This document shows positions 38,421 through 50,500 of a stretch of 64,000 nucleotides of DNA, one piece after another. Below the pieces are notes generated by a model that was given only the letters and a program-made list of their open reading frames with translations, had not been told where the DNA came from and searched no databases. This stretch comes from Cenococcum geophilum. Lineage: Eukaryota. The stretch lies in NCBI GenBank assembly GCA_050273025.1, contig CP158636.1, positions 248,001 to 312,000 on the forward strand, in the 5' to 3' direction. The stretch's first letter is position 1, and each line of letters starts with the position of its first letter. Made by a program: the position numbers and the translations under genes.

Positions 38421-41369
38421 TATATTAATATTGAATATTAATTAAAGTACTGCCTAAAACTAGCTTATTTAGCTAGTTAATATAAACGTAACCTAGACAT
38501 ATAATGGGATACCCTTGGGCTTATATTAGATCTAAGATTGTAAAGGGAACGCGATAAGGGCGTAGGGATCCTCTTTTTATAAGAACTTGTTAAGGCCCTA
38601 CCTAGAGAACTTATTAAGGCCCCTCTACAAGGGCCTATCTGGTACTTAGGTAACTTAAAAAATGGTTTTAATAGGCGTAATACGCGCGACCTAGATGATA
38701 GTGACGCGATAGCAACGTAATAGCAACACGATAGCGACTAGATAGTCTAATAAGGTAGAAATATAGGTAAAGCTCTAGGCAGCGGAAACATAAGCTAGCT
38801 TTAATAGCCCTATAGTGTTAAAAGGTAACTTATAGGAGGGTCTTAATAGGTGTGGTGTATATAACCTAAGATATATATATATAGGGGAGGCTATAGGAGA
38901 AATATAGGCCATTTAGATAAGGTTTTAATAGTTAAAGATATAGGCCAGCTTATAAAAAGGGGGGATATAAGCTTAGTTAGTAGGAGGGAGTAGAGTAGGT
39001 CGCTTAGCGCGGAACTAAGTATTTATAACCCCTCCTATAAAATATAGTCGGCCTATTATAAGGAGACTCTTATAGGCAACGCGAAATAAGAATTAAAACC
39101 TCTTATAGGGTGTAGTATATAGTAGCTACTACTAGCTTTAAGGACCTTACCCCTTAGCTAGGCTCTAACCCCTAGTGCACCTAATAGGTAAGTAGGATTA
39201 TATCCTAGCTAAAAAGACTACTACGTAGCTTAAAAGAACGGATATATATATTAGTATACTAATAGATAGGACTACTCGCTAGGGTAGTATACTAGTAAGG
39301 TACGCTTAAGGAGTAAATAGGAGTTACTTAGGTAGGGAAGGCTTTTAACTAGGCCTTAATTGTAGAAAGTGCCTAAGGCTTCTATATTATAGGATGTAGC
39401 TATAACGCCCTTATAGGATTACGTTAGTAGGCGCGTAAGATAGAAGTTACAACCCCTATAAATAGTAGCTTATACCTATACTAGCAGAAATAATAATAAG
39501 AGGTATAAAACTAGAGGTTATAGAAGGCTCCTAAGCTATATAAAAGCGTACTAACTTTAAAAGGGAACTCTTATATAGACTACTAGGGGGTAGACTAGTA
39601 CTTAGGCTAATAACCTATTATAAAATACCTGAGAGAACTAGTAAAATTCCCTATACTATTAGTGGTAGTAGCTAACTGTTTATAAAAAGCCCTAGGCCCT
39701 TAGGCTTAGATAAGGGAAAGCTACTAAAAAACTAGGGTAGAGGCCTAAATAAGTAGGTATGTTAAACTCTACTATATAACTACCTACTACTACCTTTTAG
39801 CCTAATCTCCCTAGAAATCATTTAGTAAGATTAGTAAGGAGAAAGGGTATAAAAGGACAGTAAAAACTAGTAAGGCTTTTTACCTAGTTTTTTACCTTTT
39901 ATTATAGAAGTGGGTATAAGCTAGAATATAATATACTAAACGGGGTAGTAATTAAAGAAGGCTACGTATATATAACTATGCGTAGTTAATATAAAGATAT
40001 TAGATGTAGAATAGAATAAAATAGGTTAAGTATAGGTATAAATAGGGGTTATAGAGGAACGTATGTAGGTGTTTTGGGATAAACGTAAGTATAGGTTAAA
40101 AACGTTAAAACGCGTAGGGATGTAAGAATATATAAGTCCTATAACACCTTTAGGACTAGGAGATAAAAGACCTAAGGAGGTTATTATCTACTATAAAAAC
40201 TAGGAGACCCCCTATAAGATGTAAAAGTATAGGCCTAATAGGCCTAAAAAACCTCCTATAAAAAAAGAAAAACCTTTTATAGAGACAAGTAGCGATAAGT
40301 CTTTATTTGTACCTTCTATCCCTACTTTTAACCCATTTTAAATTCCTTCTCTTTCTTCTAGCCTATTTAGGGTAGGAGAAAAAAGAGGATATCCTTAGTC
40401 TTTTCCTAAAAACGAAAACTAAAACTAAAACAAAAAAAAGATAATAAAACTTATACCTATTACGGCTAATATACCTAGTATACCTTTTCTTCCCTTCTCT
40501 CTAGAATAACACCTATAAAAGGCTTTAGATAGCCTAACCTAGGCCTATAAAGGGCTAGAAGAAGAAGAAGAAAAAGATAAAAAGGAATAAGTTAAATAGC
40601 TAGAGAACTATATATGTAGTATCTTAGTAGAAGAAAATCCCTTTATAAAAGGAAAAGAAAGGGTAAAAGATGTCTTAAAAGGACTAGTTAAAGAAGTAAA
40701 AGCTCTCTGTAAAGAAGTAGCCCTTACTAAAAAAACCTATACCAAGAGGCTAAAGAAGGACCTTCCTACTTTATTACGGACGCTTTAAGTATAATATTAT
40801 AACTACTAGGAGAAGAGTTAGAAGCAGCTAGTTAGTTAATTAAGGCATAGTCTAAAATGGAGCCAATAGAACTATATAATGAAGAATAGTAACTAAGGTT
40901 ATATAACGTGCTATATATTAAATAAGAGGAATAAAAGGAACTTATATACCTTATATATAAGACATACTTTACGTATAAGGAGGATTTCTTAGGAGTACGG
41001 TTATATATTTAAAGGACTACGGTTCCTACCTAGATAGTTCTTCTCTTTTTATAATAAATCTTAGAATATAATTGGAGTTAATCTATTAGGCAACTACTCC
41101 ACTAGTTATTATTATATTATTAACTTCCTATTTACCTATATACCTAGCCTATTAATAAGTCCACCGTAGTATTTTCTATAAGGCTTTATTATACATTTAC
41201 TACTAAGGTTATAGTATTAATAAAGTTAAATAATATACTACTAAAAGCAGCAGCCACGACGGCGTCTACAGCGGCAACTACCTTAAGATTAGGTAATGAC
41301 ACTAGTATAATAAACACTAACTCGCAACTAGTTACTATTAGATAGCTATAGAAAATAGTTAATTAATTA

Positions 41370-42012
41370 GTAGTAATTCTTAATTAACGTCTAATACGGA
41401 TCCTATCTAGGCCTACGTAGACTACTCCGTCACAGGGGGAAAACTTGTAATTTATAGGAAGAAAACCCTATAGTTTGGGGGAGGAAAAACCCTATAAGCC
41501 ACCTTAGTAGGATAAAAAACCCCAGTTTGCCATATTTGTCCATAGCGGCGGCCCTGCGGGCCTACGGCTACGTCCTGTCCTCCTTAGATATTTAAACTCC
41601 TTAGGAACCACTGCTTCCTTCTCTAGCTTATCCTAGCTAGGGTTTACTACGTCCTAGCTAGGCCTTGCCGTTCGATTGCTATACACTTATGGTTATATTC
41701 CGTATTTTAACTACCCCCTATATACTATCTCTTGTTAACCATTACTATATACGCCATACCTCCCCCCCCCCTAAGGCCTATTAAAGGCGTAAGGGGGATT
41801 TATCTATAAACTACTATACTAAAAGGCGAGCGGGACGTGTATGCCTAAGTATCTTTTGTGCCTAGGCCCTAGTCACTAGGCCCTCGCTAAGGGTCACCAC
41901 TCCTTAAGAGGAGACAGGAAAACCGTACGGTGTTGTCCAGGCTGCTAGGTAGTATTTAATAGTTAATGGCGAGTGACCGCATGCTCCGCGGGCGATTGCC
42001 CTAGGGGTTAGG
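41370..42012 (-). mobile_element. SINE-like non-autonomous retroposon (~640 bp) inserted in Gypsy-3 gag
   Basis: Absent from the homologous position of Gypsy-2. Flanked by a 14-bp direct repeat TAGTTAATTAATTA (41356-41369, 42013-42026). Minus strand ends ...AAGAATTACTAC. Confidence 0.7.
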
Positions 42013-45000
42013 TAGTTAATTAATTAATAAATAATAATAGAATACTTAAAGAAAGGATTAATGGGATTAGGGCGGCTAAGGTTAAGTTACCCTTAATTAA
42101 GTAATTCTTAAGAAAGAAGTTAAAGCTTAAAGGATTCCTTATATAAATATACTTTAAAGTTATATAGGAAGGAGTTAAACTAGGAACGCCTATGGATTAA
42201 GTTACTTATATAGGATTATTCTTAACGGGAAAGGCACTTAAGTAGTTTAAATTTCACCTTATAGAGGTATAGAAACACGGCATAATAACTACTAACTAGG
42301 AGGTATAATATATGTTCTTAAGTTAGAGCGGGTTTATAGAATAATTAACGCAAGTGTTTGGAGACCTAAAGGTAACCACTATAGCAGAAAGAAAGCTTTA
42401 AAACCTAGTATAAAGAACTTTAGTAATTAAATATACGACGCAGTTTTAAATACTAGTAATATAAGTTAAATAGAATAATAAAGCGCTTATAGTATAGTAT
42501 AAGTAAGGACTTAAAGTAAAAGTCTAGGACGTAATTATTCTAATAAAAGATACGGATACTTTTAGGGATTTAATTAATTAAGTAATTAAGATTAATAATA
42601 GGATCTACTAAAGAGAGTAGACTAAGAAGGGTTAGAATAAAGTTCTATAGTTATATAAGGCGCAGAGCACGCATTAATAAAGTTAAAGTTAAAAACTATA
42701 GTATAGCGCAGAGCTAATAGACCTAAGCGGTATTAAAGAAAATAAGGAATAAAATTAATAACTATAAAAACCTAGAGGATAAGGATTAAGTAATTAAAGG
42801 TTTAAGAAGTAAAGACTAAACTAGGGATCTTAGTAGTAGAAGACGTTTAGGCAGACTCTATAGCAAAAAAAATGGTTTAAAGAAGGAGCTTATATAAATT
42901 ATAGAAGATAGGGTTATTACGTTAAAGACTATAGAAGTAGTTAGAGTTACTATATAGTAAAAGGAATAAGACTAGTAGACGATATATACGTATAAAGGGA
43001 TAATAATATACTGCAAGGAATAAAAGAGTGTTTAATTAAAAGTTTTGCGTTTTATTATAATAACGTATACTAAATTAATAAAGATACTAAGTATAGTGTA
43101 AGCTATTGGCTATAGGAGCTAAAATTATTAAAGTTTAGAGAAACTAATAAACTAGTTCGTAGATTAGATATTAAGGATAATAGATTTAATATAGGCAAAA
43201 CATTCTATAATAATAAGGTAATAAAAGTAGCTTACTAGGAGTATATAGACCTTAAAGATATTATATAAGAGGTAGAGGATAATTCTACTATAAAATAGGG
43301 AATATTAGTAGGGATTAAGACCCCACTAAATACGATGTCTATTGCTTTATAAGACGTAAAAGAAGTAGGTTAGCAAACTACTCCAATACTTAATAAAGGT
43401 AAAAGGCTAAAGACTTAAGATTCTTAGAAAGAGATAAGAGATGACTAAGATGACTAAGATAAGATAAGGTAAGCTTAAGGACCTATAATAGACGATAACC
43501 AATAGAGCAGAGTAATGGCTTAGTTTAGTAATATATAAATAAGCTTAGGACGAAGTTTCCTAAAGATATAAGACTCTTAAGACGAGATAAGTAAGATTTA
43601 AGACTTTTAAAATAAGATAAAAATACTATAGAAGCCTAGTTAGACTAAGGCTAAAGTAAGGCTTAAGATAAAAGCAAGCTTAGGATTAAGAATTTTATAG
43701 AACTAAGACTTCTAAACAAGAATAAGGACTATTAAAGAAATTATAGGCAAGGCTTAGTAATAGGATTAAAATATTAATACTAAGACTAAGAAGTACAAGA
43801 ACTTTGAGGATCTACTTATAAGACGTAAATTAAAAGAAACCATAGAAGAATTTAGGTAAAAAAATTATCGCATAGCAAGAATAGAAACTAAATAAGAGAT
43901 CTAGTATATTAGGGCGTATAAGGGATAGAGCATTAGTATAAAGAATTACTAATAGGCTTAGGATAGGTATACTAAGAGCTAAGTAGCTTATCAAACTAGA
44001 AAATAAAGAGGATTTAAAAATCCCTACTAGATTTAAAGAACAATATATAAAAGGCTATTATAATATAGTAATAAGAAGATACTTCCTTACGGACAAGCTG
44101 TATATACTCTAGTAGCTATACTAAAAGTAGTATAGGCAATAATATAATGATAAGTAGGAAGATTTCTATATATAGTTAGATAAATGAGTTATCTAGGACT
44201 ATCTAATTATAGAGAAGGCCATAACTTATATTAAAGGAGCCTTAATTATAACGTTAAAGGACCTAAAGGAATAATTAGAGGACTAGAGAAGTAAGAGGCG
44301 TGTCTTAGTATCTATAAATACAGTTATAACGTTTAGATTAATACGGTAAAGGTTTAAACTTAAAGATAAAAATAAGTTAAGAGTTAACCTAAAGCACCTA
44401 GTATACTATACGCTATTATAGATTATATGCGTAGATAATATATACGAAATATATAAAAACCTAAAGAAGAAAAACCAGAAATACCTTATAAAGATATATT
44501 AGGCGCTAGAAGAGCGATAGTATAGGAATGCTAAGTATATATATAACTGGCATCTAATAGAAGTATAAGAGTTAGGAGACTTAATACTTTAACTAGGAAG
44601 ATTCCTTATAGAAGAATACTTAGATAAATAATAGTAGTAGGAATACCTAGAGAATATATATCTATAGTATATTAAGGATAAAAAGCAAACTAAATATTAG
44701 CTAAAGAGTAAGCTAAGTATAATAGGATTAAACAGCTAATAGTTAGGAAAAGTAGAGGCCTATAAAACTAGAGGGAGCTAGTAGTAGAGCCTTAGACCCT
44801 TAAAGGAATTTAAGAATAATACCTAAATTTATAAGTTAATTAGTAAGATTAGCAGTTTAAAGCGCTAATAGAGAGTAGAGCAATATAGAACTATATCTTA
44901 TTAGCGGTAGTTAAGAGAATAGGATTACCTTATAAATAGAAGAAATAACCTTATCTATTAGTTATAATTTTAGGAGATCCGATAGCCTATAAAGGAGGTA

Positions 45001-47571
45001 TTATTAATCTTAAAATAGAACCTATTTAGATAACCATTAAAGGGACACAAATTAAGATGTTTTTTAATATCCTACTATTAGGACGGGATAAGGCGGTATT
45101 AGGAATGCCTTAGTTACAGGCATATAATCTAAAGATTAATTAGATTATAAGTTAGGTTAATATTAGAAATACTTAATAATACAAAATATAATAATAAATT
45201 AAGTTAGTATAGTACTAAGTCGGAGTAATATACGAAGAGACTAAGCGAGGCTTAAGTTATATACTAAAAAGATACTATAAATATAGTAAGAAGCTATAGA
45301 GCCTAGAAAGTAAAAAGCTAGTAAATTATATAGTATAGGATTATAAAATAGAGTTAGAACTAGGAATAAGTTTAAGGTTCTTTTTAACCTATAAGCTTAC
45401 TAAAGAAGAATCTAGAGCACTTAAAGAGTTTGTCTAAAAAAAACTTACAAAAGGGATATATTAGACTATTGTAGTTATTAGTAGGATATCCAGTACTATT
45501 CATACTAAAGAAAAATAGGAAAACTTAGACTATACATTAACTATAAACAATTAAATAGCATTACTTAAAAAAATAGATATCCTTTACCCTTAATTAGCGA
45601 AATTTAGAATTAGATAGGTAATATATAAATCTTTATAAAGATAAACCTAAGATAGGCATACCACTAGATTAGAATTAAGGAAGGTAATAAATAAAAGGCG
45701 GCCTTTAAATTAAGAGAAGGACTATATAAACCATTAGTTATATAATTTAGGTTAATAAATACACTAGCAATATTTTAAAAAGAATTAATAGTGTATTAAG
45801 AAAACACCTTAATGAGTTTATTATAGTATACCTTAATAATATCATTATCTACTTAATAACTAAGAAAGAATACGGGGAATATATTAAATAGGTCTTAAGG
45901 AGACTATAGAAAGAATAAATGCTAGTAATAATTAAAAAATATAAGTTCTTTACTAGGAAGACTAATTTTATAGAATTTATTATTAAACTATATTATATTA
46001 GTATAGACCTAAAGAAAATAAAAGCTATAGTAAGTTAGCAAGAACTAAAGAATGTAACGTAGTTAAGGTTATTTCTAGGGGTTTGCAACTACTATAGAAG
46101 GTTTATAGCACAGTGGTTAAAGAATATTAAACTATTTACTAGGCTTATAAAGAAAGAGGAACTATAGGTATAGGGAGATAAATAAAAGAAGTTGTTTAAG
46201 GAACTTAAGGAGTTGTTTACCTAGGAGCTAATCCTTAAAATTTATTAACTAGGACTAAATATAGTTGTGGAAATAGATATATTAGACTACGCACTAGGAG
46301 TATACTTACTATAGAAGTATAAGGACGTATAGCATCTAGTATTATATTATAGTTAAAAGATAACACTACTAGAGTTAAACTATAACGTCTATAATAAAGA
46401 GTTATTAAGTATAGTTACAGCACTTAAGGAATAGAGAGCATTTTATAAGGCGTAAAGAAACTATTTATAGTTAAGATAGATTATAAGAACTTAACGAGGT
46501 TCCTAATAATAAAAGAACTTAATTATAGACAAGTTAGATAGGTAGAGATGCTTATAGAATACTATTTTAAGATTTAGTATACTAAAGGAACTAAGAATAT
46601 AAGGGTAGATATACTTAGTAGAAAAGCTAAACTATAAAATAATAAGAAGCTATTAGGAGCAATACTACGCAGAGATAAGGATAGATAAATTAGATATAAT
46701 TACCCTAAGCTAGTAGCAACTTAGGAAAATAATAAACTAGAAAGAGTCTATAAGATACTAGAGAGCTTTTAGATATAAAGGATCCTAAAAGCATAGCTAG
46801 AAGATCTATAGATAGATATATATAAGAATTAAAAAGCATAGTATATCCTAAAGAGCATAGCAGAATATTTTATGAAAAATTTCTGTAAGGGAATAACTTA
46901 AGGACATAATAGAGTAATAGGCTTAGTGTTAAGACTTTAAAAAGAATATATTATTAACGGAATTTAAAATATTATAAGGAAAGTAATAAAAAAGTATCTA
47001 GATTGCTAAAGAAATAAACTAATAAGGTATAAGCTATATAGAGGGCTATAACCTATTAAAATACTAAAGAGACTATAGGAGGTTATATTATAGGACTTTA
47101 TTATTAAGTTACTAAAGTTAAGAAATCCTATTACTAAACAAAAATATAACGCAATCTTAGTAATAGTGGATAAGTTAACTAAATAGGGCTACTTTATAGT
47201 ATATATAGAAGAAATCTTAGCAGAGGATATCGCTAGAATTTATATTAAAGAAGTATTTATAAGATATAGAGCACTAAGCAAGATTATATTAGATAGAGAT
47301 TTAAGATTTATAATAATATTCTAAAAAGTATTCTTAGCGGAGCAAAGAGTTAAAGTAGTAACTTTTACTATATATTACTTATAGACGGACGGTTAAATAG
47401 AAAGATTAAATTAGACGCTAGAATAGTATTTAAAACATTATATTAATTACGCATAGAATAATTAGGTATTACTATTACTAGTTATATAGTTTATATATAA
47501 TATAACACTATAGGAAGAAATAGGCATATTACTATTTAAGGCAAATTATAGATATAAGCTAAGAATATTGT

Positions 47572-50500
47572 TGTATAATTACAGCACCTGTCGTACTAAC
47601 CGCGTGCTTACGCGTTCGGTACGCCGAGTACGCGTTTACGCGTTTAGTGCACTAACTACTCGCTTATACGTCTGGTGCACTTTTAAAGCACTAACTAATT
47701 AAGGGGGAGGCGTATTAGTATATAGACTACGTAGTCTACTTTATATAATCGACAGTTACTACTATCTAAACGAATATATAATACTATATAGTATAGCAGA
47801 CCTAAGCAAGCAAGTCGATAAAGGTTAAGAAAAGTGGAGGTAGGGAGTTAACCTTACGTCTATAACCGATGTTAACAACTATATTAAATTTAAAGTTCTT
47901 AAATATAAATATTTTAAGCTTATAAATAACGACCTATAAGAGTCATACTAAGAAGACTTTGTGGACTTTACGGAAGCTATTTTCAAGGCCTGCAACCCTA
48001 TTACTATCCGTAACTTACAAACACTTTTATATTACTAAGGTGTATGGGTTAAAAGGGACAAACGAGTTACTATTGCATAGTCTCTATATAATATAATATA
48101 TAAGAAGGACCAAACGGAATAGACTAAAGAGGAAATCCTAGACTAGGTTAAAGCTACTAAAGAACTCTTTATTTCTTCTAAACTTAACGAGATCGCTGGC
48201 CTTATACCTAACCTACTTAACCAAATTCGTCCTACAAACCTAAGCAGTTTTAGAATCAATTGTCACGAAACTCGTATTGAGCTGTTTATTGATGAAATGG
48301 GTTAATTAATTAATGATCTTGTCTTAAGGTTAATTGATTTTGGACCTAGGGCCCTCAGGCTCAGATAAAGAGGTTTACACTACACGTGACTCGTGCACGG
48401 TCTACGCCTCTAGAGAATATAGATTATCTGATATCAATCTTATAGGCTAAAGTATACCTAGTACTTAAGTTATGGACCGCAATACCTCTATAACCCAAAT
48501 TACGGACTATAATACCCCCATAAACTAAAATATGGACTAAAACACTTCCGTTACTTAAGTTACAAATCTGTAAACTACCTAAGTAAAGACCTACGGTAAG
48601 GAGCTAGCTAACCTAGCTAAGCTCTATACCGACAAATCTAAGTATAGCGGTAAAAACGACAACTTTAACTTTAAACTAACTATCTTTACGGACCTCTGTT
48701 AGAAGGCCAATATTCCTAAATAGGAGTTTAGCTAAGCCTACTTTACTATACTGCGCGGCCTAGCACTTAACCACTACTACACTAACCTCAAGAGTAACCC
48801 CCTTGGTGTTCCCTTTAATAAGCTATATAAAGCTATATATAACTACTTTAAAGGACCGGAATATAAGCGTAATATCCTTACCCAATGGAATATAACTAAG
48901 TTACGGACCGTAATGGACAAGAACACTAAAAAATCGACTATAGAGTGCCTATAAATCCTTATTAAAGACCTCCGCCACCTATAGCACGGTTTTAATATTA
49001 AGCTTTAAACGGACGACTTCCTATACAATAAACTTATTACGGCTTACTAAGAAATAGAACCCTATAAATACGCCTATTATAAGCCTATAGATACTATAGC
49101 TGGCCTTATTAACGATTTACGGTCCTCTATTATAACGTATAAAGCCTTAAACCCACTAGGCAGCACTTAAGCCTTTATTACAGGTATTTAATATCTGTAA
49201 ACAGACTTAGACGTCTACTTTACGGACCGCCGCTACCGCCAGCAGTACCTATACCGACTAAGTCCTACCCGTAACCCCCGCAGCAACCCCCGTATAAAAG
49301 CATACCCCTATAAATAAACTAGCCAGAAGTACTTTATATGCGGTAAGAAAGGATGTTAGTTTATAAGGTATACCTAAAAAGAACGTAATAAGTCTAAAAA
49401 GAGATTTAACAATTGGATTAACTAGTTTATCTTAAACTACAAAGGAGAGAAAGTAGAGGAGTCTCTTAACAAGTTAATAGAAGCCCTTATAATTAACTTT
49501 GACTTAGATATTTAGGAATAAAAGACCTTAGAGACGTTCCTAACTACTTTTAAACCTTTTACGGACGGCTAAGCCTTTAATATTACGACCGTATTAGCCG
49601 ACCGCTCCTTTATACACTTAATTACACCTAAAAACCAGCCTATAAGTATACCTATTAGACCCGTTATAGACATTACAGACTGCAAACAGAACCTATTTGC
49701 ATATATCACCACTAAACGCTATACCCCTAAAGAATTTTACGGCGTTATAATTAATATAGGTGCCTTTAAGAAGTCTACTATAGGTTATGGACAATACCTT
49801 GCATATAAGACCACTATAAATAACAATATGGATATTGATACTATGTAAACTAGGGCCGTAAACGTCTAATTTGGCATTGGCTTAACCGTATTAATTAGAT
49901 TAATTAAAGTTAAGACTTTAATTGGCCCAGTTAACTTCTATATAGTAAAAGCGGACACCCCTTTCCTACTCTGCCTTGCGGATATAGATAGACTATAGGT
50001 TTACTATAACAATGTTATGGATACCCTAATTGGCCCCACAACTGCCCTAAAAAGCAAAAATATTACCCTACTAATTATATAACGATTTGGACACCCGTTC
50101 CTTATATAGGGAGAGACTTTACAGACCTATATTTAGGAATCTTTCGACTATAACCTGTGCTACCTTACTAGTACGGAAATCTACCGCCTATACCGCTATT
50201 TCGGCTACCTATTAGCCGAAAAGCTATATAGAGTCCTTAAACGTTCTAGACATAACAACGTTAATAGGAAGGCAATTAACCACCTAACTAAATACTGCTC
50301 CTTCTGCTAGAAATACGGACGTTCCCCGAGCTGATTTAAGTTTACTCTTTATAAAGACCTTAATTTTAACTACTTAGTATACGTAGATATTATATATATT
50401 AACGGCAGCCTAGTATTACACATAATTAACGACGTAACCCGCTATTAAGCTGTCCGTTAGTTGCAAAATATATCCGCAAAATACACTTAAGACATTTTAC

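Larger units (their letters stand above)
9390..38452 (-). mobile_element. hAT DNA transposon (~4.7 kb net) carrying four nested insertions
   Basis: TIRs: tagtgctttaatctatattcaatattga (9390) vs reverse complement cagtactttaattaatattcaatattaa (ends 38452). 8-bp TSD cccgaaac (9382-9389) / cctaaaac (38453-38460). Split transposase inside. Confidence 0.88.

Noticed and set aside
41675..41705. 5S rRNA-like head in the SINE-like insert
   Set aside because: Only a short, internal and imperfect resemblance; the rest of 5S is absent.
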